Counted from the first letter of the whole stretch, positions 12,422 to 24,839 are shown. The stretch is DNA of 63,987 bases, filler included, from Reticulomyxa filosa (GCA_000512085.1; 23 parts of 23 records of this genome joined end to end with filler, not necessarily neighbours in it), one strand, 5' to 3'. Made by a program: numbers and translations. Notes: generated from the sequence alone by a model not told the origin.

Positions 12422-13991
12422 AAGGCTTGGGCAATATTATAATAAAAGAGGCTTTTTTTTTTNNNNNNNNNNNNNNNNNNNNNNNNNNNNNNNNNNNNNN
12501 NNNNNNTTAATTAATTAANNNNNNNNNNNNNNNNNNNNNNNNNNNNNNNNNNNNNNNNNNNNAAATTGGGTTCTCATTGGTGACTATTGAGAATCCCAAG
12601 GGATAAAAAATGGGGCACCCCCATTGTTAGGAATAATCAATAAATAAAGTTGAATGTTTTTTTGATTTGCAAAGTGCATAAGAAAAATATAAGGCCATAT
12701 TTCTTTGAAATGAATCATTTGTGTAACTGAACAGAGTCTACATTCTATAACTGTAGAAAATCTAAAATTATCATCAAGTTAATTACGTAAAGAGAATGCA
12801 GTGATGAACTGAATTCTTTTTTTCAAAGACTGGTGAAAGAATAGATTTATTTGTGAATACTCTTATGATTAACAATAAATTATGTAGAATTATGCAACAG
12901 TATATACGATCGAAAAAAAAGTTATTTATAAGAACAGTGATGTTCCTTCGTTAAATTTGGCAAGAATTGAAAAGTTGAAGTTTGAAGTGCTAAATTGAAA
13001 CTCTCAGTTGACCCCTTCATGGATAATAATTCGGTCATGTCCCCTTGAATGAGTCCAGTTCATCATTCAATGAAGACAATGCTTTCTATAAGCGCCTTGG
13101 TATAAAATGGACTTTATCACAAGTACTTAAAGAAGAAGCTGGAATAAAGTCTTGTCCTTTGAGTCAATGGATACATAACACGAGCAGTGGACTGAACAAT
13201 ATGGAACTGTTTCATGTGAACACTTCAAAACAATTTGGCGAGTCGTTTGAGAGTGAAAAATTCCAAGAAGAATGGATGGAAGAATAGTTACAAAAGCGAC
13301 TGTAGCAACAAAGACGAATACTCACTTTAAATCTTCTATATTGTGTAAATATATATACATATATATTTATTTATTTATAGATCGAATTTGAAACAATAGC
13401 ATCAACTAATTCCAGACAACAGTCACACAACAAACATTGAGGAAGAAAGTCGAAACATGATACCATTGTCGACGACGTTGAACAATGGCGACTCAAACCG
13501 AAAGGCGAGCAGCGATTGTGAAGACAATCACCACTGACTACCAGCGTAACACAAACACCAGTGACGAGTGAAAACTCGAAAGCTCAAATGCAAGTGAATC
13601 GGAACTACAAGTATCATATCGTCAGCTAGAGCTATGCATCGCCTAGCATATTGACTTCTAATCTGACTTTGCCAAGATCGTCGTATCTTTCGCAATATCG
13701 ACCCATGCCCCGTAATGAAGATGATCCCGCTAGTGGTCATGGATCATGACCATGACTGCGAGCGCAGACAGACAATTTTCAAATCAGTTGGCCATATATC
13801 AAAAAAAAATGATTATATATTTACTCAACGTGTTGTTGCAATTCCAGCTGTCGAAGATGAAATAAATACGATTTTGGAAAAATTGTAAAATAATCTAAAA
13901 TACAATTATTGCGGCAATATATGCCATATTAATTTATTTTTAAAAATTATCATAGATCACACAAAATTGTAAACATATAACAAACTATTTT

Positions 13992-14096
13992 GAAGAATTT
14001 ATTGAAGATTATGAAGAACTTACTGAAGGTGAAGAAGAACTTACTGAACTAGATGAAAAATTTATTTAAGGTGATGAAAAATTTACTAAATGTGAT
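13992..14096 (+). repeat. Minisatellite, 5 x 21 bp
   Basis: gaagaatttattgaagattat / gaagaacttactgaaggtgaa / gaagaacttactgaactagat / gaaaaatttatttaaggtgat / gaaaaatttactaaatgtgat. Confidence 0.8.
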
Positions 14097-14740
14097 TATG
14101 AAGATAACAATGATAAATACAATGAAAATTTAAACGATATTAAAGATGTTTTATTTAAATTTGATGAAATTTATACCGATATTGTTATATTATACAACGA
14201 CTTATCTAATTTACAACTTCAATTAATATAATAATTTAAACACTATTCTGCGAAAATATTAAAATAATAAATAAATGGACACAATAAGTAACAAATCTGG
14301 TGACATCGTCTACAATATATGATTGGCTAATGTTGAAATTTCGGACGATGTAATATTTTAAATGTGTTGAAGCTGGTACTTGGATATTATCAATATATTG
14401 GGTTAACAGTTGCATTAAAGAATCGAAAATTATAAATGATTTTCCATTTGAGATAATATTTGTATATTTTGTTTTGTTTTTTATTGAACATTTTTTATGT
14501 TATATGTATAAATATATTATCTGAATCCTAAGTTTTTTTACTGCAGTGAAATTTATTAACAGAAAAGTGTTTTTAAGGATCTGTATACAACTTGTTATGA
14601 GATTTATATTTTGACAATTAAAATTGACATATTATTTATTCAATAAATACTTTGCCGGAAACATAGTTAAATAATATGCAATATGGCATATGAATATACT
14701 AATATTACGCTTATATCAAGTTGATGTTTATCAAACTGAT

Positions 14741-14831
14741 TACAGTAAGTTGCAAAGAAAACTGAACGTATAAAACGATATCATATGATGATATCGTTTT
14801 ATGCGTTCAGTTTTCTTTGCAACCTACTGTA
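14741..14831. mobile_element. 91-bp hairpin MITE-like element with Tc1/mariner-type ends
   Basis: 44-bp arms (2 mismatches) around a 3-nt loop. Termini are TA-CAGT...ACTG-TA. Confidence 0.75.
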
Positions 14832-14899
14832 TATATATATATTTATTTATTTATATTTATATTTTAATATAAATTATAATATAAAATATATATTGCAGG

Positions 14900-15171
14900 A
14901 CGTAAAAAGAAACACGAAAATTTAACAGATCATAAAAGAAGAAAAAGAAGAAAAATTGCTTCTGTCATTTTTGCCAACAGAAAAGCAAAACAAAATAACA
15001 TTGTTGTATCAAGGAAGTGTTTATGGATTTACAGCAGCCAAGTTTCATCAAAGATTTAACGAAAAAGGTGCGACATTGACAATTTTACAAGACGAATTTG
15101 GCCATGTATTTGGAGGTTTTACAAATATGAATTGGAGAAGCAGTAGGCATATTAGTACTTTAAATGATATA
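14900..15171 (+). CDS. TLDc-domain protein fragment
   Basis: LLYQGSVYGFTAAKFHQRFNEKGATLTILQDEFGHVFGGFT is the TLDc core (LLYRGS.DGF....FH..CD.KG.TL.......G.IFGGF). Confidence 0.75.
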
Positions 15172-17189
15172 NNNNNNNNNNNNNNNNNNNNNNNNNNNNN
15201 NNNNNNNNNNNNNNNTTAATTAATTAANNNNNNNNNNNNNNNNNNNNNNNNNNNNNNNNNNNNNNNNNNNNTTTTTTTTTTTTTGCTGTATCATGGATAC
15301 CACTTTTTTTTTTTTATACATCACAAAATTTTTTTAATAAAAGGTGTGGTAAAAATATATCAAATGTACTCGCAACGTATAAATAGTTTTATGTCACTAT
15401 GCATATAGGACATAAAATACAAATCATACATGAAATAGTTATTCATTGAACCATCCAATACCTCACGTGACTCCGGCTCGTCGATTGAATAGTTCACGAT
15501 TATACTCCAAGTCAATGACAAACATAATTTTAAATCGGTCCCCGGTGATTAATGCTTTTTTTTTTTTAATACAGTTGAAAAAAAAAATACAATTCAATTT
15601 ATTTAGGACGTTCAACATTTTAAATCTTACCCCTTTATCTCTCTATCTCTATCTTCTACTCCCTCCCTAATCCTTTCTTCTTGTGCAATACATGATGACC
15701 TTCTTCATCATATGTAATAACCATATTTCGACGGTCCCTACTACTTATAAGACGTATACACACTTGTAGAGCATCCAAACGGTCAAATTTATGTCTTGGT
15801 TTGCAGTGATTGTATTTGATGTCGTTGAGTGGTCGTTTCTCCAAATTATCTAACAGATGGATTATTGTTACCACTTGCGAATATGCGTCTGTGATCTCTT
15901 CAATGAACATGTTTTGACTCGCCAGGTGTGCGTTTATCCAACCCATGTCTCTTTCGTGGTTGTGTGTGATAATCCTCTATCTTTTTCTCCAATGTATAAT
16001 TTGCATTGAGCCATTCGCTGTTCAAGAGTTTTGAAAATAATTTAAACAACTTACAAAAAATTCAACGCATGCAATCTCAGTATACAAATACACGCACTTG
16101 ATTACAAAAAACATGTATCTAAAATTAGATCTTATTGCATTTGACATTTTTTTTACAGAAAAATAAAGATCATTTGAAACAACAGTCTGAAATTTTGAAA
16201 AAAAGTATTAGTATTTCTTATGATTTTTACAATTTTTGTCAAGAAATAAGACTAATGAACAAGTACAAAAAGCATTGACTGTAGAACAAAAAAGTTGTAT
16301 TGATAGTAATTTTTCAAAAGTAAAATTGCAAATAATTTCGTTCCAATTGAAAAAATAATTGAAAATTAAAAAAAAAGTGAAAATTCATATAAGATAAGGG
16401 AGCAAGACAATAATAATTACAATATTGATTCTTATCTGCACACATTCTTTTGTTGGCTATTTTCATTTAAACAACTTTTTACAGAATCCATTTGTGTCAT
16501 CATTTTAAAAAATTTGCAATATGAAATTGAAAATTTATAACATTAACATTATTTGATTCTATATTTTTTTTTNNNNNNNNNNNNNNNNNNNNNNNNNNNN
16601 NNNNNNNNNNNNNNNNTTAATTAATTAANNNNNNNNNNNNNNNNNNNNNNNNNNNNNNNNNNNNNNNNNNNNGAAATTGCATTTGACAGAAGATGATCAA
16701 ATGCCAACAAGTCAAATTATTTTTTACCAACTAGTTTTTTTCTTTCCTCAAGGATCATTTCAATTTCATATTTTAGGAATTGAGATAAACTTTGTTTATC
16801 CTCTTTGGAAAGATAAAAGGGCTCTGTAGGCAAGCTTCAATTGTTTTTTTCTTTTTCATTTCGCAAGACAGCAAATGAAAACGTGCTTTGTTTGATGAAA
16901 TTTTGTTATGTTGGACTACACTGAGCGTAGCTTTTTTTTTGGCACTCCAGTCAAATCTCGTGGCAAAATGTTTAGTGAAAATACTATTGTTTTTTTCAAG
17001 TGACTATTGACGCTCAATGCAAGCGACGTAAAAAAATGAATGAGTAGAAGTCAATTGATCTGGTCGACTCCGAGGAGAATTGGGCATGTGACAGATTTGA
17101 AGAGCTGTCAATGCCACTTTGGTGTTTCAGCTTTCATTGATATGTTGCAAGCGAAGAACATGATGTCTTTTGGAGAATTTAGCACCTGA

Positions 17190-17420
17190 GCTCAAGGTAT
17201 TATCGACGTCATGTGGTATAATAAAAATATATTGCCGTCATTGTGTCCATGATTATTTGCACACTTAATGAGGTTGACGCTGTCCATGAGCACATCAAAT
17301 TCATCATACACATAAAACAGAGACTGTCTAAAGTTTTGCAGCGACATTATCGCCGCTGCCGTTTCTTGTGGATGTATCATCTGTTCTCCTAAAGCAAGCA
17401 ATGAATAAGATATACATTAT
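17190..17420 (-). pseudogene. SMC5/6-type ATPase C-terminal fragment
   Basis: LLALGE...FYVYDEFDVLMDSVN resembles the SMC6 Walker B/D-loop (DEFDVFMD.VN). An out-of-frame IIPHDV-like H-switch region follows. The fragment is isolated and degraded. Confidence 0.55.
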
Positions 17421-18703
17421 ATATTATATTTTAGTAATTCTTTTGGAAAAACAAAAATAAAATAACAATGTATTTCTGCTTGTAATGCTTGTTTGATCTG
17501 TTCACACTGTAACTTCTTGGATTATCAGTCAATTTACAGTTATACTTAATTAAGACCATTACAGTCCATTAAAATTGATTGCAGTCCAACTCTGTACCAC
17601 GTCAAGCTTTTTTCACCGGAATTTCACCCATGGTTTACAATTCATTTGTATATATAGTCCCAGATTGGTTTTGTAACTTCGAATTTTTCAAATTTGTATC
17701 TTTTTTTTTATAAACCCTGAATTGGTTTGGACGCTTAAGTTCTATTTTTTATTTTTAATCTTTGAAATTAGTAGTCATTTTTGTTAGATTTTGATATGAC
17801 CCAATAATTTTCTTTCTAATTTGAAAACACAATTTAACAGCCAGGTTTTTTTTTACAGTGTTTGGAAAAAAATAAAAAGAAGATAAAAAAAGACAAAAGC
17901 AAAAAGAAAATATTTGTTCCAGGCGGCGCCAATGGGCACCGCCTGGATTAAATTTTTCTTTTTCAACTTTTTTTTTAGTTATTTTATGTTATCTAAAGGC
18001 CTATTTTTTTGAATTTATATACATTAGCACTTTCTTTGCTAAATATAACCAGACCTTTTGTAAGTGCAAGCTATTTGTTCGGAAAATTGTGTAAAGTGCT
18101 ATTTTTATTTAATGCAAAAAATATATCCTCTCCAACCAAAAGTTATTAAAACAGCTCCAATAAATTGGATATCTCTCAATTTTTTAGTGAAACAAAGCAA
18201 ATAGTGCAAAGGAAATTTAAAGTTCAATAGTTATGAAACAATTTTTATTGTCTTGCTTCTTATGGATACAACAGCAAAGACAGGCATAGATAGAAACAAG
18301 AACGAATTGCTGTGTAGATTTCTAGCTTGCTTTATTTTGTTCTCCATAAAGAGACAGTATTTAAGTATAATTTCAAAAAAATCAACAAATCAAGTTTTTT
18401 CAATATTTCTTAATTGTCAAAAATTTGAATCTTTTGCTAATTTTTGAAAATGTTTGGGAAAAAGTAACAGTCTTGCGTAAGGTGTTTTCAAAAAATATTC
18501 CACTAAATTTTGGAATAATTTTTTCAAAAACAAAAAATTTTACTAAACGAATATCTTTATGAAATGCCGTTTTATGTTTCAACTTTTTTTTGCGTTTCAC
18601 TGTATTTTGGACTATTTGCTCCTTATATTAACAAATAAACTAACTCATCAGAAACAAATACTCAAAATAAATTTTATTCACAAGCAAACAAAAATTAACA
18701 AAA

Positions 18704-21700
18704 TCAAAATTTTCCTCCGCGTTGTTCCACAAGCAATTTCTGTTGAAATATTAAACCATTTACATTTTTCCAAATACTGCTTTTCATCGCTAATCCAAGA
18801 CTTTGAGCACGCACTTGCCAAATACATTTCACTAAACTCGTTGCATTTACATCAATTATTTTACAATTCTCACTGCCCCACAGTCGAATTGCACTATCCT
18901 CTGAACATGATACCAGCTTCGAACCGTCAGGTGATAAATGTATTCCGTTAATATCCCCTTCGTGTCCTTCTAATGTTAGAATTTGCCGTCCGGAAGATAC
19001 GTCCCATAATCGAATAGTTTTGTCGGTTGAATAAGAAATAATTTTAGAACCATCTGGCGTAAATTGAACGCGCTTTATCATATCTGAGTGGCCTGATAGC
19101 AGTCGAATTTGTTGACCGGACGATGAGTCCCACAATCGAATCGTTTTATCCTGTGAGCCAGATAGTATTTTGGAACCATCTGGAGAAAATTGCACCTCGG
19201 ATATATATCCTGAATGTCCTTTCAGTAATAGAAGCTGCTTCCCAGATAATACATCCCACAATCGAATTGTTCTATCTTGCGAACACGACACAATTTTAGA
19301 TTGATCTGGTGAAAATTGAGCTGCAGATACATGAATTGAATGTCCTTTAAATATTCGGAGCTGTTTGCCGGACAACACATCCCATAACCGAAGCGTGTTA
19401 TCATCTGAACAAGACACAAGTTTTGATGCATCAGCTGAAAATTGGATCCGTAAAACTGGACAGGAATGTCCATCTAGCAAATGAAGTTGTTCTCCTGATG
19501 ATATGTCCCATATTCGAATGGTATTATCACTTGAACATGATACAAGTTTGTGACAGTCTGGTGAAAATTGTATGTCGTTGACAGTATCAGAATGTCCTTC
19601 CAGAACTTGGAGTTGTTTTCCAGAAGATACATCCCATATTCGAATTGTAAAGTCTATTGCAAAAGATACAATTTTGGAGCCATCGAATGAAAATTTTGCT
19701 CCATTCACGCCATCTGTATGTCCTTCTAACACTTTACTTTGTCTTCCCGATCGTACATCCCACAACCGAAGCTTTTCATCTAATGCACATGATACAACTT
19801 TGGAGCCATCTGGTGAAAATTGCACACCCGTTACACTTGCTGAGTGTCCTTCTGATAAGTGGATTTTTCTTTCTAAAACTGAGTCCCATATTCGAATTGT
19901 TCCATCCCATGAGCATGATAAAATTTTCGGATCGTTTGGAAAAAATTCTACTCCATACACACCATCTGAATGTCCTTCTAACTTCTGAACTTGTTTTCCG
20001 GATGATACATCCCATATTCGAATTGTTCTATCAGATGAGCCTGATACAACCCTGGAGCCATCAGTAGAAAATTGTGCTGTCCTGACAACGGTTGAGTGTC
20101 CTTCTAATACTTGAAGTTGTTCTCCAGACAATAAATCCCATATTCGCAATGTTGCATCAGTTGAATATGACACAATACTTAAACCATCTGAAGATATTTG
20201 AATTCCCTGTATAGCATTTGAATGTCCTTCCAATATTTGGCTTTGTTGACCCAAAGACAAATCCCATATTCGAAGAGTTGTATCATCGGAATATGATATA
20301 ATCTTTGATCCATTGGATATAAATCGCACACCCTTTACCTCTTCTAAATGTCCTTCTAAGATTTGAATTTGTTTCCCAGAAGATACATCCCAAATTCTGA
20401 TTGTTTTGTCATCTGAGCATGAAACAATCTTGGAGCCATCTGGTGAAAATTCTACTGCATTCACAGCTGCTGTATGCTCTTTCAATAAGTGTATTTGTTT
20501 TCCAGAAGATACATCCCATATTCGGATTGTTTTATCCTCCGAACATGATACAACTTTAGAGTTATCTGGTGAAAATTGTACTGCAGCTACAGGCTCTGAA
20601 TGTTCTTCCCAGATTTGAATTTGTTTACCTGATAATGCGTCCCACAATCGTACTGTTTTATCTTCTGAACATGACACAACTTTGGAATCGTCATGTGAAA
20701 ATTGCGCTATATTTACATTATCTGAATGGCCTTTCAATAAATGAATTTGTGCTTCTGATGATGTGTCCCATATACGAATACTATTATCCCGTGAGCATGA
20801 CAAAATTTTTGTTCCATCTGATGAAAAGGAATTTTGTTTACTGCATTTGAATGACCTTTTAAGTATGCATATTCTCCAAAGTATACACCATTCATTGATG
20901 CATTTGTAAAGTTTGTATTGTTTAAGCAACTTTGATAAAAACGAACATTATCCAAATTAGCATTACTAAAGTTAGTTCCTTCAAGGAATGCACGATCTAA
21001 AATTGCGTGAGGAATTTTGATATTGTTCCAATTTCGATAATGCATATTTACGTTTGCTGAATTGAGTATGGTAATAGCATTCGCCGCTGCAATACTAACA
21101 TATCCATTATTTTTTGATGCTTCAATAATTCTAAATAATCTCGATTTTAAATTTACAAATATTGGACTATTGTCATGAACTCTCTCTGCAATAAATTGAA
21201 TAATTCCTAATTCTTCATTCAATAATTTATAATTGATAGATAATTTTTGGATGTGCATTTCAAATTGTTGTTGAAATTGTTGATTATTAACACCAACGAC
21301 ACTGGGCTTCCATGAAATAATTTCAAATATGGTTTTTTGTGCTGCGTAATATTCTTGACAAGATTTATGTAAAAATTGATATTTATTTTCGCCAATCCTT
21401 CTTAATACATATTTTGCAATACTGTCACCATTGAAGTATTTTTCCCAAACATCTTGTGTCTTTGCAATTGAAGATTCAGCTTTTTCATTGGTTGTTTTTA
21501 TTTCTATTTTTTCATCTACAATACTTTTAGTTTCATCTTCTTCTGTTATTGGATCTAATTTACTCCAAATTTCATTATTGTTTTCAGGTTGAAATTCTGG
21601 TTCAACTGCAACTTGAGTTCCTTGGAAAAACATTTCAAATCCCAAATCAAGACAATATTGTTTAAATGTTGATTTTATTTTATTGATACTTGATTGAATT

Positions 21701-24045
21701 CGTAATTCGGATAATTTAGAAGTTATATTTTGAATATGGATGTCAATCCAATGATCATTAAATACTTCATATACTTGTGCTTTCGAGATATTAGCATCTG
21801 CGCCATATTGTTGTACTAATGATGGCAATACAGTTAAAATAAGTTGAAGAAGAAATGGTTCTTCCACCATTTTTTGCAAATTTGAATAATTTTTCAATGT
21901 TTCTTCATATTTTTTGGGCGTCCAATCATTTTCATCATTCTTTTTTTTATATTTCGATTTCATTTTTGCAAATTTTTCAATGTAGCTATGCATTTGTAGT
22001 TTTGTAAATGGCCATAAATACATCATTTCTGTTATGTTTTGAGTTTGATTTGCGCCAATTAAAACTTGTTTAATATCGTCATCACGTAATACTTTACTTC
22101 TACAAGTGACAATAACTTTTGCATTCCATTGGTTCAAATTGAAACGGTCATAAAAATATTGTTCATGACTATCACTTTTACGATAAAAATCAAATATTTC
22201 GTCAAATCCATCCATAATAAATACAAATGAAATTTTTTCGCGAATTGCGTCCATAATATCTTTGCTAATATGTTTGCCTTGCAATGCTTGCAAGATAATA
22301 TCTTTTTCATTTTTTTTATTATAACTTTTTGCAAATGAGATATAAACGGGAATTGGATTTTTTTTTGGATCAGAAACATAATTGTTCCATAGCGATTCTT
22401 CCAAATGACGACAAAATATACTTTTTCCTGATCCTGATTTTCCTTGAATTATCATTAGTTTTCTTTGTTGTAATGACGGCTGTTCGCTTTGCTTTTTTTC
22501 TTCTTCTTTTTCTTCTAAAAATTCAATGACATGTTGATGACAATCATATGTTTCCTGATCTTCGTCGTCATCACCATCCACATGTGGATAGTTATTTGCT
22601 TGTAATGGAATATATGTTTCAAGTGCTTGAGCTATAGCGATATCTTCTTCCATTTCCTGTTTTCTTGATTCTTGTAATAATAATGCAAAATCAACACAAC
22701 TTGCTGGATTTTTATCTCCAATGATGTATTTTTTGTAATATTCATATAAAACCACATGAATTGCTTTTCCCTTTACTTTCTCTGGAACAAACGTACAAAG
22801 TTGTTTATATACAAATTGTGCAATATTCAAAGATACACTATTATTAATTTCTAATTCTGTTTTCTTAAACAATTGTGATGGCTTTAATATTCCAATATCT
22901 AAATGAGATTTGTAGCGATTTGCAATTTTTTGTATTGCCTTATCATCAACCCATTCACAAATAATATCATTAATTTTTGTTAATGTTTCGTCACTTGCTT
23001 GCTTCAGATCTTCTTCTCCTTGATTTTTTGGTCCCCATGCTCTGATATGTTCATAAAACAAATGACTTAATTTTGGATTTTCAATGACAGTATATCCTTC
23101 CAGAGTTGTAAAATTCTTCAATGTTGCTTGCATTTCCACAAATACATCATGCTTTGGAACAAACAATTTAATATTGTGAAATCTGTGATGTGTTTTCGAC
23201 TGTCTGTCAAAGAAATCTTTATCTTCAGATACAATCAAATTGAATTTTTCTGCTTTCTTCATTACTGCCACTGCTGTTTGTAATTTAGTTGCATTATCAC
23301 ATAAAATCGTAAATCTTCCAACATCAAATACTTGATTATAGTCACCTTTATAATCACATTGAATCTTTTCCAATAATCTTACCTTATCTTTCACTTTTGG
23401 TGGTTTCACCACAGTTATTAAATATTTCTGCAACTCTGCCACCAAGTTGATGATCTCATTGCTTACCATCGCATTTTCACTGCGACCAATCAAATCTTCC
23501 AGACTTGTCGCATGTTGTCTGATCTTTTCAGCTTTCAATGTATATGTCAATCCTGCCTTTATTGCGTAAAAGCATTGATAGTGATTTTCTTTCACAGGCA
23601 CCGTACCATCATTTGCACAAATGGAATGTTCGGAATTGAAAAATAATACCTTTTTAATGGAGGTAACTGTGGATTGTCCACAATCTGGACAACGATAGGA
23701 TGTCTTATCTGAAGTGAATGAAACACTACCAAAACCAATATGTACCCATACTGGGAGCTTCGCTTTTGCTGCCAGACAGTCTTCATTTACGCAATAACCT
23801 TGCAGGTTAATACCTGGTTTTGTTTCCCCAACTTCCGCTTTTTCCTCTTCTTTTTGTAATTTGTCTGATTTTTGTCTGCTTCTCCGCTCTTTTCTATTCC
23901 TTGATTGTCTATTGCTTTTTTTTTTTTTACAGATATATGAAACAAGGTCATATGCAAATATGACAGGAAAAATAGCAATAGTGAGGAAACCAAATGATAT
24001 GCAATTGTCAACCTGATCATCTTTAGTTTCTGTTTGTCCTTCCAT
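18704..24045 (-). CDS. NLR/STAND-like protein: Cys4 Zn-binding domain + RelA/SpoT-like nucleotidyltransferase + NACHT + pentapeptide repeats + 16 WD40 repeats; split by one frameshift near 20830
   Basis: Walker A IIQGKSGSGKS, Walker B FIMDGFDE, sensor VIVTCRS, EEPFLL, winged-helix YQFLHKSCQEYYAA. Pentapeptides ILDRA-FLEGT-NFSNA-NLDNV. 16 WD40 units. C-terminal GL..QKLLVEQRGG tail. ORFs 20734-24045 and 18704-20929 join in the first WD repeat (GHSNAVNKI/..FSSDGTK). Confidence 0.9.
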
Positions 24046-24839
24046 TTTGTTCTTTGATACAGATGTTGTGCGTAGATTGTCAAGGCTACGAAAAAACGAA
24101 AAATAACTTCTAAGTTAGGTTGTATTCCAAATACAACTAAAACAAGAAAAGATATGTAATTTTTTTACCGGTTGAATAAATATTAGCAAAAAAAAAATGT
24201 AGACCGGCCTCAATAGTTTGTGGAGAGTTTTTTCTTTGATATCTTTTGACTTGCTTACTAAACTGATGTTTGAAAAAATTTCGATTTGATATTACCAGTC
24301 CAAATATAAAGGGAATTTAAATGAAGTCAAGAGACATACGCAATATTTTTTCAAAGTAAAATGAAAAATGAAAAATGTGCGACAATGCAGCTTCCATGTT
24401 CCCGTTTGGCAGCTGATCTTGCAGATGGCAATCTTCCATTTCCAGCAGCTACAAACATCAAGAGAAAAAAACCGAAATAGGCACTGACACTGAAGGAAAA
24501 AAAAATTCTTTTCGAAAAGCGACATATATATATTTTTTTTTTTAGTTTCAGAAAAAAAAAGTCAAACTTAAAAAACTCTTGGGCTCTCCAACAAATTTGT
24601 TGATATTGGTAGTATTCGGCAATCTTTGCTGTAATTTCAGAAGCTTGTCTACCAAAAATAAAATAATCCAAGCACAAAATGGTGTGAAAAAGTGTGTACT
24701 CCGATCGTCCTCTCCCCACTCATTTCCCCTTGGTGTGAGAGACGAAAAAGAAGAAGAAAGGGGGGGGGGGGAGAGAAGGGAGAGATGAAAACATGTACAA
24801 CTTGTATATGAGACGGGTGGGAATATATGCGAACAATGT

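Noticed and set aside
18704-20929. 126-bp tandem units as a CRISPR array or satellite
   Set aside because: They are in-frame WD40 coding repeats.
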